Virus record (IMG/VR): IMGVR_UViG_3300030109_003751
Span: 3,977 to 67,976 of that record
Direction: 5' to 3' (one strand)
DNA: 64,000 nucleotides
Source of the DNA: a virus
Position numbers and translations under genes: made by a program. The notes under the pieces are model-generated. The model searched no databases, was not told the origin of the DNA, and saw nothing but the letters and a program-made list of their open reading frames with translations. Of this stretch, positions 1 to 10,205 are shown one piece after another (positions within the stretch are counted from its first letter, which is position 1; each line of letters starts with the position of its first letter).

Positions 1-1935
1 TAGAGCTCCCTGTACCTCTGTATCATCATTCAATGTTACACCGCTACTATCTATAGTTGCTTTTGTAACACTATCTATTCTTAATAATAAGTGACCAGTA
101 CCGGTATAAGTTGCTGCATCAATTTCTAAATTATGACTAGCATCTATTAAAGAACTTGCTTGTGTACCACTAGTTTTACCTAAATATATTTTTCCTGAAG
201 TGTTATCTGAAGTTTGTATTCTTAAATCACCGCTTTCAATATAGAACCCATCCACGGTTGCGGTAATATCTGATCCGTCATCCGTCATACTAGAATCTGT
301 AAGGGTATCACTATCTGACCATTTTGCAATTGTATTTCCAGTACCACTTCCATCTGGTCCACTAGCACCAATATATGTTTTAAGATTAGCACCACTAACA
401 TATTTAACGGTACCTGAATCAGACATTAAAAACTTATCTGTGTCACTACCAATTTCTGTTATACTATCTATGGTTACTGCACCTGCAAAAGTTGCGGCAT
501 TTAATGGAAAATATAAGGTATTAGCATCCTCTCTATACATAGCAGGATTACCATATAAATAAATTCCATTAGCAGCTCCATATCCATTTTGAAGATTTAA
601 ATATCCTCTACCAAGGATGTTTCCAGATGTTTGTGATATTGTTCCTCCAGCTTCAACAGTCCCTGCAAAAGTTGCTCCTGTACTATCTATATGAAATCTT
701 CGTGTTATATCACTTGCCGCATCTGATGTACCAATTTCTAAATAACCTAAATAATTACCAGTTGTAGCATTTGATTTACCAGCTTTTATTGTTGCAAATA
801 AACTATCATTTGTAGACGAATCTGTATGTCTACCACCAAAACCTATACTACCACCTAAATCTGCTGCTTGGGCGTTATTGGTATAGATTTCCATATTAGC
901 TCTTTCTGTAGTAATAGCTCTATTAGCTGCAACAAACCTGAAATCAGTAGCGTCTGCTGCTTCATTATTGTTAGTACCATTAACTACATCTAGTTTTGCG
1001 TAAGGGGTTGCGGTCCCAATTCCAACTTTACCTTCAAAAGTTGCTCTTGCATCACCTGAACTCGTGTCTAATGTTAATTGAAGAATCTCACTACCATTAG
1101 CCTTTGTTTCAAATATTATAGCACCATCTTCAGTTCCGTCAGTTACATCGTTAGCTCTAAAACCTATTTTTGAGTATAGTGTTTTTTCATCAGCACTGTT
1201 TAATGCATTAAAACGTAAAGTTGACAGATCACCATCAGTAGCGTTACCTGATCCTTGATTATGATATATTGAAATCATTGGACCATTTTCATCTGATCTC
1301 GTACCAACAACTTCTAATGGTTGGTTATCATTTGAATCTGTTGCGGTAAGAACAAATGAATTACCACTAGTAGCTTTTGTAAAATTTCCACTACCTGTAA
1401 AATCAATACCTGCATTTGTTGTTTGAAGTCTCTCGCTATTATTATAGTAAAGGTAAACACCACCCTCGCCTCTTGCTATTATAGCATCTTCTCCAGCTTG
1501 AGTATATATAAAGACATCATCAGCAGCTTGAATTACAACATCATCATTATCGCTTTGAACATACAAATCTCCCGTATTGAGCGCTTTAATATAACTATGT
1601 GTTCCATCGTGATATAATTGAAGATCTTTTCCAGTACCTAAAGCTATCCTGGATTTATCTGGAAATTTAGTATATAATGCTGTTATTTCAGCACCACTAT
1701 GCTCAGCACTACCACCATCTAATGAAAAATATGTTGTGTCACCATTATCACCATCATCACATTGAAATACCATGTTGCCATTATCAGTACGTTGCATAAT
1801 ATACCAATCGCCGCTAGTATTTTCCATATAAGTACTAGCTCCCGCGTCGTGGTATATTTTTAAATCTGAAGAGTTTCCAAAAGTCAATTGGGCATCATCT
1901 GGAAAATTTCCGGTATTTAAAAATTGTATAGCCAT
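1..1935 (-). CDS. Tail fibre/receptor-binding protein (partial, runs off window start)
   Basis: Not in ORF track. ATG at 1935 gives MAIQFLNTGNFPDDAQLTFGNSSDLKIYHD; the segments translated, including the last 20 codons to base 1, are open. Repeated DL.(I/L)YHD motif typical of phage fibres. Confidence 0.75.
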   Translation of the reverse strand, partial: MAIQFLNTGNFPDDAQLTFGNSSDLKIYHDAGASTYMENTSGDWYIMQRTDNGNMVFQCDDGDNGDTTYFSLDGGSAEHSGAEITALYTKFPDKSRIALGTGKDLQLYHDGTHSYIKALNTGDLYVQSDNDDVVIQAADDVFIYTQAGEDAIIARGEGGVYLYYNNSERLQTTNAGIDFTGSGNFTKATSGNSFVLTATDSNDNQPLEVVGTRSDENGPMISIYHNQGSGNATDGDLSTLRFNALNSADEKTLYSKIGFRANDVTDGTEDGAIIFETKANGSEILQLTLDTSSGDARATFEGKVGIGTATPYAKLDVVNGTNNNEAADATDFRFVAANRAITTERANMEIYTNNAQAADLGGSIGFGGRHTDSSTNDSLFATIKAGKSNATTGNYLGYLEIGTSDAASDITRRFHIDSTGATFAGTVEAGGTISQTSGNILGRGYLNLQNGYGAANGIYLYGNPAMYREDANTLYFPLNAATFAGAVTIDSITEIGSDTDKFLMSDSGTVKYVSGANLKTYIGASGPDGSGTGNTIAKWSDSDTLTDSSMTDDGSDITATVDGFYIESGDLRIQTSDNTSGKIYLGKTSGTQASSLIDASHNLEIDAATYTGTGHLLLRIDSVTKATIDSSGVTLNDDTEVQGAL

Positions 1936-1952
1936 TTAATTTAATTTAATGT

Positions 1953-4304
1953 TTACCCAACATTGTGTAATAACACTATATAGTCACTATCTGCTGGGCT
2001 ATTTAAGAAAGCAAAATCAATTGCTGGATTAGTGGTACCAGTTGTAGTTCTTGCTATTTCAGGGAATGCTGTTGTGCCATCACTAGCTTTATAACATTCA
2101 GCCATAATATTTTCAGCGGAAACACCAGTACCAAATACATTGGTATTATCTAAGTCCACTGTATATGTTTTCACATCACCTGATGTTCCAACACTTATCC
2201 AAGCGTCTGCAGAGTTTAATGTTATTTTTTTACTTGATCCACCGTCTGTTGCAACTGTTGCTGTACCAGAAGAATAAGTTACTGTAACACCAGTTCCACC
2301 CTCAACGATTACCGCACCTTTTTGACTCGCTGTACTATCTACAACGTCTAATGTAGCGGTACCACTTGAATATGGTGCTGTAACTGTACTTGTACTTCCT
2401 GGAACTACATTACCAATACCAACACTAGAAGCTGTTGCTAAATCTACATTTTTTTGTACTTCTGTCCAATCAGCTTCACTAGATGGATTATCATCATTTG
2501 CGATAATTAAATCCCCAACTTCTAGATCAACTGACCAGTAACCACCACCATCACCACCTGTTGTTACAACGTATGTCCAACCTTTTTCTGCTGAACTATT
2601 AGGACCCGTTGTTGATGCATCATAACCCCCTTGAAAAACTAAAGCCCCTGCTGTTGCAGAATCTATATAAGCTTTTACTAACGTAAGAGCAGCCATTGGT
2701 ATATCTCCAAAAGTTGATTCTTTTACTGTAGCTAAATCATCACTATCACTAAATGCTATGCTATCCCCTGCGGCAGCTGTTGCATCAGCCGGTACAAGTA
2801 TATAGTTATCTGTACCTGCATAATCAAGAGCTAATGTTATTGTACCACTTGTTGTAATAGGTGATCCTGAACTAGTTAAACCATCACCACCAGCAACAGT
2901 AACTGAAGTTACCGTACCAGTTCCATAACCTTGACCGGTTACAAAATCATATATTTGATCCCCTGTGGCTAGGTTTGCGCTAGCATCTGCTACAGCCGCT
3001 GTATTAGCTGCAACGGTAGGAGCAGTAGCTGTTCCACCTATAGTTATGGTATCAGTATTTCCACTAGTTACACTAGTCACTGTTCCACCACTGTCTATAT
3101 AAGTTTTTAGTTGAGATAAGTTAACATAATAAGCGTTATCATCACTTGCATCACTCATTAATACTTTATCGGTTGCTGCAGCGGTTAAACTTGTTCCATC
3201 AGCAGCCGCAAGCACAACGTTATCACTACCTGCGTAATCCACCTCAATAGTACCTGTTGTTGTTACTGGTCCACCTGTTAAGCCATCACCTGTCGATACA
3301 CTAGTAACAGTACCATTATCGTATGTTGCTAAATTACCTTCACCATCAATATATTGTGAGGAAGATCCCGCCATAGTAACAGCTATAGTACCACTACTTG
3401 TTACTGGAGCACCACCTACTGTAAACGCATTTCCTTGGTGGGTGTAATTAACCGAAGTAACTGTACCACCTGAGGCATCAAAAGGTAAATCTGAAACATT
3501 ACCTTTTTTAATAACATCATCACTAGCATCACTATACCATATCACATCACTAGTTGCTATACTTGTACCTGTTAAATCTCCAGCTACTAGAATAGCATTG
3601 TCTGTGCCACTGTAATCAATTTCTATTGTTCCTGACGTGGTAATTGTTCCACCTGTTAAACCATCTCCTGTGCCAACAGATGTAACAGTACCTGAGTATT
3701 GATCAGCTGAGTTTATTGTTACTGTAGTACCAGTTACAGAAGTGGTTACGTTAGTACCACCTGAAAACGTAAATGTTCCTGAAGAAGTTATTGCTGTACC
3801 AGTGCCTGAATCGGCAGCTAGCGTTATTGAAGTAACAGTACCTGAGTATTGGTCTGTTGAATTAAAGGTTACAGAATCAGCACCTGCGTCGGTGGTGATA
3901 GTCATATTTGTACCTGCAACAAGCGTTAAAGTATCATCACTTGCATCAGCTACAACGTCTGATTGACCTGAAACTGATATAGTTTTAAAAGCATATAAAG
4001 AACCAGTTGCTGTAATTGTTAAAGTATCAGTGGCACTTACAGCAGTTGTAACTCCTGTACCACCTAAAACCGTTAATGTATTACCAATATCAATTGTTTG
4101 AGAATTACCAGCACCATCTTCTATAGTCCATGACCCACCTATATCGTTCCATCCACCATCATATATTTTTAATGAGTTATCATCAGTATCATAGTATACC
4201 GCACCAGTTTGTGTAGTACTTGGTTCCGCAGATTGGGATTGAATTGCTAGACCTTCACTGCTATAAAAGCCTAAATCGACGTTATTTAAAAATTGTATTG
4301 CCAT
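1953..4304 (-). CDS. Tail fibre-like protein with GTVTSV repeats
   Basis: 783 aa, T/S/G/D-rich, many GTVTS(V/I)...TSGTI repeats. Confidence 0.75.
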   Translation of the reverse strand: MAIQFLNNVDLGFYSSEGLAIQSQSAEPSTTQTGAVYYDTDDNSLKIYDGGWNDIGGSWTIEDGAGNSQTIDIGNTLTVLGGTGVTTAVSATDTLTITATGSLYAFKTISVSGQSDVVADASDDTLTLVAGTNMTITTDAGADSVTFNSTDQYSGTVTSITLAADSGTGTAITSSGTFTFSGGTNVTTSVTGTTVTINSADQYSGTVTSVGTGDGLTGGTITTSGTIEIDYSGTDNAILVAGDLTGTSIATSDVIWYSDASDDVIKKGNVSDLPFDASGGTVTSVNYTHQGNAFTVGGAPVTSSGTIAVTMAGSSSQYIDGEGNLATYDNGTVTSVSTGDGLTGGPVTTTGTIEVDYAGSDNVVLAAADGTSLTAAATDKVLMSDASDDNAYYVNLSQLKTYIDSGGTVTSVTSGNTDTITIGGTATAPTVAANTAAVADASANLATGDQIYDFVTGQGYGTGTVTSVTVAGGDGLTSSGSPITTSGTITLALDYAGTDNYILVPADATAAAGDSIAFSDSDDLATVKESTFGDIPMAALTLVKAYIDSATAGALVFQGGYDASTTGPNSSAEKGWTYVVTTGGDGGGYWSVDLEVGDLIIANDDNPSSEADWTEVQKNVDLATASSVGIGNVVPGSTSTVTAPYSSGTATLDVVDSTASQKGAVIVEGGTGVTVTYSSGTATVATDGGSSKKITLNSADAWISVGTSGDVKTYTVDLDNTNVFGTGVSAENIMAECYKASDGTTAFPEIARTTTGTTNPAIDFAFLNSPADSDYIVLLHNVG

Positions 4305-4327
4305 TATATTTTTTTATTTTAAATGTT

Positions 4328-5053
4328 TTAATTTAAGTAAGCATAACCCTTATTAGCTGCGGATAGCTTAACTTGTAATTTTGAATCAAGATCGTTTCCA
4401 GTACCATCACCATAAACTATTTCAGGTATAATTACAGTGTAATTTGTAGGATCACCTATAACAACTGTTACAGATGGTTTTTTATGTAATGAATGTGTTA
4501 CATTCCAAGTTGCTGCTGAGGATGATTGTGTCCAGGTTTCAGCTGAAGCACCTGTGCTACTAGTATCAAACTGCAACATTGCATATACTGTTTCAGTTAT
4601 ACTACCACTTCCACCAATATAATTTAGACCTAAATCATAAAAATTACTTTCCGATGAAGCTCCCCATGATGTTATTGTATAATGGCCAAAGTTGCTAAGC
4701 GCATCTTGTTGGGTTATTAATATATTACTATTAACTAAATAAGCCATAAAATCATTAACCGTTTGCCCACCAATATCTTTTGCGGCAACCTTTAAGGAAT
4801 TTATAGCTGAAAATGCAGTATTATCCCCACCACCAGCGGTGAAAGATATAGTACCTGTGGCTCTAGGACTAGCAATAGTACTAAAATTATAAAACATTTG
4901 ACCACCTATTTCAATTTTAGCATTTAAATTTAAATATGATGCTACATCTTTAGCAGTAAATTGTTTTGTTGTTTTATTTAAACTATCGGTACCTATCCAC
5001 GCATCATTGTCTGTAACATTAGTATCCTTTGGATATGAACTTATTTTTGGCAT
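4328..5053 (-). CDS. Putative virion structural protein
   Basis: 241 aa; C-terminal W.VTH.L.K.PSVTVV fibre-associated motif; next to fibre genes. Confidence 0.55.
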   Translation of the reverse strand: MPKISSYPKDTNVTDNDAWIGTDSLNKTTKQFTAKDVASYLNLNAKIEIGGQMFYNFSTIASPRATGTISFTAGGGDNTAFSAINSLKVAAKDIGGQTVNDFMAYLVNSNILITQQDALSNFGHYTITSWGASSESNFYDLGLNYIGGSGSITETVYAMLQFDTSSTGASAETWTQSSSAATWNVTHSLHKKPSVTVVIGDPTNYTVIIPEIVYGDGTGNDLDSKLQVKLSAANKGYAYLN

Positions 5054-5057
5054 TTAG

Positions 5058-5510
5058 TTATTTTTTTGTAATAGTTTGAAATTTTTCAGCTCCACGAGAA
5101 CCAAAATAGGCTACATATACTGTAACTAAAAGTGTTTGTAATAATGTCACCCATCCTTCTGCAACGCTAAATTCTATATTTAAACTATCTAATAATATTA
5201 ATACAACCATTGAAACAGTTAAAAATATTAAAGACATTGGTCGCGTGTTTTTAGAAAGCCATGAATCAGATTTCATGTCACTATCCCAGCGTTTGGATAT
5301 TTCTTGCATTTCAACCATATCTTGTTCTAATAATTTTAATGCTTTTTCTTTATCTTCAGGTGGTAGTTGTTTGTCTTTAGTTATTAAATTTTTAACTAAA
5401 CCAAAAACACCAGCATCTGGTAATACATCACCTGCTAAACCTAAAATACCTGGAGCAGCTTTAGATAAAAACGCACCAACTTTAGTATCTTTAAATTTTT
5501 TCTTTGCCAT
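5058..5510 (-). CDS. Putative holin (GTA 3TM-holin-like)
   Basis: DSWLSKNTRP followed by two hydrophobic helices and YFGSRG. Confidence 0.65.
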   Translation of the reverse strand: MAKKKFKDTKVGAFLSKAAPGILGLAGDVLPDAGVFGLVKNLITKDKQLPPEDKEKALKLLEQDMVEMQEISKRWDSDMKSDSWLSKNTRPMSLIFLTVSMVVLILLDSLNIEFSVAEGWVTLLQTLLVTVYVAYFGSRGAEKFQTITKK

Positions 5511-5513
5511 GAT

Positions 5514-6578
5514 TTAACAATCACAAGGAGGACAAACTCCACCTTTGCTTAATCCTTTCTCAACCAACCTTTGACCTCTAGATGGTTTTTCTGGTTTTAT
5601 TTTCTTTTCTCTTATTTTTTTCTCTCTTGGTGGTTTAGGAATTTTTTCTTTTTTAACTCTTGGTGGTATTTCTTTTTTCACCCTTGGCGGTTTAGGCTGT
5701 TTTCTTTTCTTTTCTTTTGGTGGTTTTGTTAACTCACCAACTCTTAACTTTTTACCTTCTAATGGATCTTTATCTACAGAGCTATCGTCACCACCACCAG
5801 TTACTCTGGTAGGCATTGGTATTAAAGATGGTTTATCTATTTTTAATTCTACTGGATCTTTTCTTTCAAGCTTTATGTCTTTTACGGATCTTTCTATACT
5901 AGTATCTGTTTTTACTCTACTCTTCGCACCATAACCAGCTTTATCTGCTTTCCATTTACCATATTCAGTTATATTAGTTACTCCTGAGGGTAAATTTCCT
6001 TTAAGTTTAGTAAACTCAGGCATTAAACTTTTATGATATTTACTTGTACTAGCAACTTTTTCTACTTTTCTACCTGGAGAAGTTTCTGTATAACCTTTTG
6101 TAATTTGTGTACCACCATCAATTGGTGTACGAGTTTCAAAATCACTACCTTCTACTTTTGTATAAACTCTTCCTGAATCATCTAATGGCTTAATTTTTGC
6201 AGCATCAAGAGCTTCTTTTTTTGTATTTAATTGTACTTTTTTATGAGGATGGCTGTGCTCAGGCTTATCTGTATGTAATAAAACAGAACCCTCTCTAGTA
6301 ACTTTTTTACGAGTATTTATTTCATTATCTAGATCTTTTCCTTTAAAAAATTGTCTAATGTTTCTTCTTGATAACCTATCTAGTTTACCTGATCCACCAT
6401 ATTTAGTAGCTACGACACCACCGCTTTCAATAGCAAATTCTGTAGCACCTTCTTTAACAAGATTCTTCATTGCTTTCTTTTGTTGTCTTTGTTGCTTAGT
6501 TAATCCTAATAAAGGACTTGGAATTCCGTGCCCTGTTTTATTAAAAGGACTTCTTCCTGGTGATAATTTAAATGCCAT
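5514..6578 (-). CDS. Basic K/P-rich protein, possible internal virion protein
   Basis: 354 aa; N-terminal SPF/SPL; PPR(V/E)KK repeats; C-terminal CPPCDC. Confidence 0.5.
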   Translation of the reverse strand: MAFKLSPGRSPFNKTGHGIPSPLLGLTKQQRQQKKAMKNLVKEGATEFAIESGGVVATKYGGSGKLDRLSRRNIRQFFKGKDLDNEINTRKKVTREGSVLLHTDKPEHSHPHKKVQLNTKKEALDAAKIKPLDDSGRVYTKVEGSDFETRTPIDGGTQITKGYTETSPGRKVEKVASTSKYHKSLMPEFTKLKGNLPSGVTNITEYGKWKADKAGYGAKSRVKTDTSIERSVKDIKLERKDPVELKIDKPSLIPMPTRVTGGGDDSSVDKDPLEGKKLRVGELTKPPKEKKRKQPKPPRVKKEIPPRVKKEKIPKPPREKKIREKKIKPEKPSRGQRLVEKGLSKGGVCPPCDC

Positions 6579-6597
6579 GTTTTTATTTGTTTAGTAG

Positions 6598-6930
6598 TTA
6601 TGCTCTTCTATAAGCTTCAGCTTCCCAAGGAAGTTTTTTATTACCCTCTTGAATTTTGCTTCTTAAATATTTTTTACCTTTCCAATACACATATGTATCA
6701 TCATAGTTAAGATCACCTCTTTTTATTTGTTCTAGGTGAACTTTTTCATGATTAATTACCTCTTCGCTTTGGCTTGGATGTAATTCTTCTGATATAATAA
6801 TAGTACCATTATTATTAGCTTTGGCTAAAATACCATCTTCCATTTCCACTGTGTATATTGGAGTATTATCTGTTGTGTATGGTGGTTTTAATTTAATTCC
6901 GCCACCCATTGGAAATTTAAATGGAGCCAT
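6598..6930 (-). CDS. Small zincin-like metallopeptidase
   Basis: HEKVH (HExxH) plus downstream PWEAEAY glutamate motif. Confidence 0.55.
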   Translation of the reverse strand: MAPFKFPMGGGIKLKPPYTTDNTPIYTVEMEDGILAKANNNGTIIISEELHPSQSEEVINHEKVHLEQIKRGDLNYDDTYVYWKGKKYLRSKIQEGNKKLPWEAEAYRRA

Positions 6931-6935
6931 TTTTA

Positions 6936-7094
6936 TTATTTTTTCTTATAAGGAAATATTGCGTTTAACGCTTCTTTTCTACCTTGACAGCCGCAGGGTA
7001 TATTTAAACCCTGCGAAACTTTGTCAACGATAGTTTTTACTCCGGTAACTGTTGTAAATTTCTCTACTGTATCACCTAAGCCTTTTGATGTCAT
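6936..7094 (-). CDS. Small conserved phage protein (SKGLGDT...CGC..R..LN type)
   Basis: Manual translation, 52 aa: MTSKGLGDTVEKFTTVTGVK...PCGCQGRKEALNAIFPYKKK. Confidence 0.7.
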   Translation of the reverse strand: MTSKGLGDTVEKFTTVTGVKTIVDKVSQGLNIPCGCQGRKEALNAIFPYKKK

Positions 7095-7104
7095 AAAATT
7101 AGAA

Positions 7105-7413
7105 TTATGCTATAACCATAGAAGTTATACTCATTCCATCTAACATTCTAACAGCTGCAACTTGACCACCTGGGTTAGCTGTAATTGCTTTGCGAATTTG
7201 CTGCGCTACCAACGTTCCTGTGTTGTTTGCACCTCCACCGGTTACTAAAGTGATTTGACTAGTAAGACCATTTTGAAAAATAGTACATTCTGTAGCCGCA
7301 TCAGCTCCACCGGCGCTTTCATCTCCTGGTGCTACAATAAAGATATTCTCTGTATTGATAAGAAGCGTACCTCTATTTGCATCAGCAGTTTCTATTGATA
7401 TAAATTTTGCCAT
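7105..7413 (-). CDS. Hypothetical protein
   Basis: 102 aa ORF in a tightly packed minus-strand operon. Confidence 0.6.
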   Translation of the reverse strand: MAKFISIETADANRGTLLINTENIFIVAPGDESAGGADAATECTIFQNGLTSQITLVTGGGANNTGTLVAQQIRKAITANPGGQVAAVRMLDGMSITSMVIA

Positions 7414-7478
7414 GATTGTTTGTTTTTAATTGTTAATAAATAAATAAATATATAGTGTTTATACGGTTGTCTCCGTTT

Positions 7479-7838
7479 TTATTTTTTAGTTACATTACCC
7501 ATGCGGTTATCTAAAGGCATGTCTTCTGTGTCCGCGTCATGTACACCGTAATTTAATGCACTAGAATTAGAATGTTTAGACATCCAAGATCCCATACGTT
7601 GAGCAGTTTCGTCTATAACGTCTCCGCCTTCACTTAAATATCTTGATTCTGCATGAAAAGGTTCTGAACCATCATTTCCACCCTTCCAGTTATAACTATC
7701 ATGTGCATCATCATATAATGCTTCAGCATGACCTTTATGACCTTCAGCTTCTAATTTTCTACCTCTTTTTACATCTTCTTCTTCCCATGAGTTTACCATG
7801 TGTTTATGTAAAGGACTTCCTTTTTGTTTATAAGCCAT
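7479..7838 (-). CDS. Hypothetical protein, SP[FL] N-terminus
   Basis: MAYKQKGSPLHKH. Confidence 0.6.
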   Translation of the reverse strand: MAYKQKGSPLHKHMVNSWEEEDVKRGRKLEAEGHKGHAEALYDDAHDSYNWKGGNDGSEPFHAESRYLSEGGDVIDETAQRMGSWMSKHSNSSALNYGVHDADTEDMPLDNRMGNVTKK

Positions 7839-7865
7839 TGTATTAATTTTTAAATTGTTAAATAA

Positions 7866-8084
7866 TTATTTTGAACTACATCCAAAGTTTTTAGCGTAAT
7901 TTGCCATTTTTACAACTTCTTCGCTATAGTTATCTGTTTTTGCCATTACAGCGCTAGCAGCAGAACATGCATCTTTATATCCATTTCTTTTTGCCCAAGC
8001 TGTAAATTTTCCTTTATTTTCTTCTTTTATTTCAGGAAAATCCTCTTTTTTAGGAAAAGGTGAGTTATGTTGTTTATATGCCAT
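7866..8084 (-). CDS. Hypothetical protein, SP[FL] N-terminus
   Basis: MAYKQHNSPFPK. Confidence 0.6.
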   Translation of the reverse strand: MAYKQHNSPFPKKEDFPEIKEENKGKFTAWAKRNGYKDACSAASAVMAKTDNYSEEVVKMANYAKNFGCSSK

Positions 8085-8086
8085 GA

Positions 8087-8923
8087 TTATGAGGGGTTAA
8101 TGAATCCTACTAGTGCAGCACTTGCTGAGCTAGTATTAATTCGTGAAACAAAAAACGGTAATGTATCTCCTGCTAAAGGACTAATGCTAAATGTATTACC
8201 CATGCTATCAACACCAGTAATATCACCAGCGTCTTTTGTGTAAATACCTATTTCACCCATACCTTGATTTTTTAGTATATCGGTTACATTTGCAGCATCA
8301 CCTGTTATATCTTCATCTACTAAAGTAATAACTAAAGCAGCTGATCCACCAATAACGCCAGTGGCAACTGTTAATGTATCACCTACTTCATACCCTGAAC
8401 CTGTTGTAGTTACATCAACCGCTGTAACCGCGTTACCACTTACAGTAACATCTATAACTGCTCCTGTTCCAGAACCACTTGTTGAAAACGTAGCACCAGT
8501 GTAAGAACCATTTACACCATCTGTTGTGTTTGTGGTTATTGAAGAGGTTAGAGTACCATCCCCAACTAATAGACTACTAATATCTACCGCTGGAGGTATA
8601 TTTGAAACTTTGTATGCGTGATATATATTATAATCATCACCGTCGTTCCATGTAATGTTTGTGTCTACAGAAGTAATATTACTTCCTGTATAATTTAATC
8701 CTGTTATTACACCAATAGTATTAGGACTAACAGTAGTATTGTAAACTATATCACCAACACTTACCATATTAAAAGTTGTAGCTGGTGAAACTGCTTCAGG
8801 GGTTAAAGTTGTGTTTGCCCCACCCGCGTTAGTTGACGCACCTGTATATAATAAACCTGGTTTGGGTATATTAATAGTAGTACTTGGTATAATTGGAATA
8901 CTTGCTGTTCCTAAATTTGCCAT
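8087..8923 (-). CDS. Putative structural protein
   Basis: 278 aa, T/G/V-rich beta-type segment (GSGTGA.IDVTV...GSGY.VGDTLTV). Confidence 0.5.
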   Translation of the reverse strand: MANLGTASIPIIPSTTINIPKPGLLYTGASTNAGGANTTLTPEAVSPATTFNMVSVGDIVYNTTVSPNTIGVITGLNYTGSNITSVDTNITWNDGDDYNIYHAYKVSNIPPAVDISSLLVGDGTLTSSITTNTTDGVNGSYTGATFSTSGSGTGAVIDVTVSGNAVTAVDVTTTGSGYEVGDTLTVATGVIGGSAALVITLVDEDITGDAANVTDILKNQGMGEIGIYTKDAGDITGVDSMGNTFSISPLAGDTLPFFVSRINTSSASAALVGFINPS

Positions 8924-8933
8924 AATGTTTTAT

Positions 8934-9389
8934 TTATATTTGTTTATATGCTGTTTTTCTATCGACCTTATAGGCTTTTAAACACCTATTTCTATTTTCT
9001 CCTGGATTTACGTAACTAACATGAACCCAATCTGGGTTTTCATCTGTACCAAATTCCCAAATCATCTGATCGAAATCTAAATTTTCTTTTATATAATTGT
9101 ACATAGTAGCATTAGACATATGTCCATATGTATCATCTATGTCCATTGCTTGCCCATTACAATGTTGCGATTTTGAACTTCCACCAATTGCTTTGTTAAG
9201 TTCTGGTCCACGATAAAATGAATTTATACGTATTGGTCCCCCAACAAATTTTCTTAATGGTTCAAATACTTTCACCGCTAATAACTTCATGTTATTGAGA
9301 TGCTCTTCATTAGGTGTGTTATCTAACCCTAGTCTTTTAGCGGTTATGCTTCTTACACCCTCTGAAAGTGAGATGTGTTCACTTATCAT
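8934..9389 (-). CDS. Endolysin, peptidase M15 family
   Basis: INSFYR...N.AIGG...SQH..GQAMD and WVHVS zinc-ligand motifs. Confidence 0.85.
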   Translation of the reverse strand: MISEHISLSEGVRSITAKRLGLDNTPNEEHLNNMKLLAVKVFEPLRKFVGGPIRINSFYRGPELNKAIGGSSKSQHCNGQAMDIDDTYGHMSNATMYNYIKENLDFDQMIWEFGTDENPDWVHVSYVNPGENRNRCLKAYKVDRKTAYKQI

Positions 9390-9390
9390 A

Positions 9391-9414
9391 TCACTTAATT
9401 TTTATGAAATTTAC
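9391..9414 (-). promoter_or_regulatory. Putative phage-sigma promoter (GTAA-N16-GTRA)
   Basis: Minus strand GTAAATTTCATAAAAATTAAGTGA; same spacing as three other copies. Confidence 0.45.
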
Positions 9415-9614
9415 CCTTGGGCTTTCATTGTTATTGGACCACCAGAATAAGGTACTGGATCCAATTTAAGTTTCATACCTTTACAACCCCTACTTGAGCC
9501 AGGAGCATGATCTCTACCTGCTTGACCTAAAGGACCATCCCATATATGAGATTCCCCTACAATCCCTACTGAATTGTGTTTTGATGCTTTTGTGTGTCGT
9601 TTGTCTTCTCTCAT
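9411..9614 (-). CDS. Hypothetical protein
   Basis: 67 aa ORF in operon. Confidence 0.55.
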   Translation of the reverse strand: MREDKRHTKASKHNSVGIVGESHIWDGPLGQAGRDHAPGSSRGCKGMKLKLDPVPYSGGPITMKAQG

Positions 9615-9641
9615 GTTTATTGTTTTTACTTGTTAAATATT

Positions 9642-10202
9642 TTATCCTCCATAGTTGAAATGACCTGGTAAACCACCTCCTAATAGAGAACTCGCTCCAG
9701 TTAAACCAGACGCACCAAACAACGATTGTATGACGCTCTGCTCATTGCTTGTAAAATTACTTTGTGGTGTGGGTGTTGGAGCTGATGTTCCTTGTAAATT
9801 ACTTGTTCCAGCGAATGCAGCTTGATTTTCAGCTACGTAGCCAGGTGCATAACCGCCTTCACCTAACTCCATTTGCGTCATAGCAAAATCACTTGTTGTA
9901 TAATCTGATGCTGGTGGTATATTACTTTGGTTGTAAGTGTTTGGATTAGCCGCTTGTACTGATCCAGCACCTGTAAACATATTTCTAGAACTTAACTTAT
10001 CTTGTACAAATTTACTAGTATCTCCTCCTGGTTGAAAACCCTCAAGCCTAACATCTGATCCAGCTGGATTGTTACGTCTTTTATCAAAAGAGTGAAGATT
10101 CTCTACCCTTGTTCTTTCATATGCTTTAGCAGGTGCTTGTTGAGCGCCCCAACCTAAAAAATTTAAAGGTGAACCTACTGCTGTTGATTTTGTATAATTC
10201 AT
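9642..10202 (-). CDS. Hypothetical protein, SP[FL] N-terminus
   Basis: MNYTKSTAVGSPLNF; low-complexity. Confidence 0.6.
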   Translation of the reverse strand: MNYTKSTAVGSPLNFLGWGAQQAPAKAYERTRVENLHSFDKRRNNPAGSDVRLEGFQPGGDTSKFVQDKLSSRNMFTGAGSVQAANPNTYNQSNIPPASDYTTSDFAMTQMELGEGGYAPGYVAENQAAFAGTSNLQGTSAPTPTPQSNFTSNEQSVIQSLFGASGLTGASSLLGGGLPGHFNYGG

Positions 10203-10205
10203 AGT

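Noticed and set aside
2840-3860. DNA direct repeats in the tail fibre gene
   Set aside because: Explained by GTVTSV protein repeats
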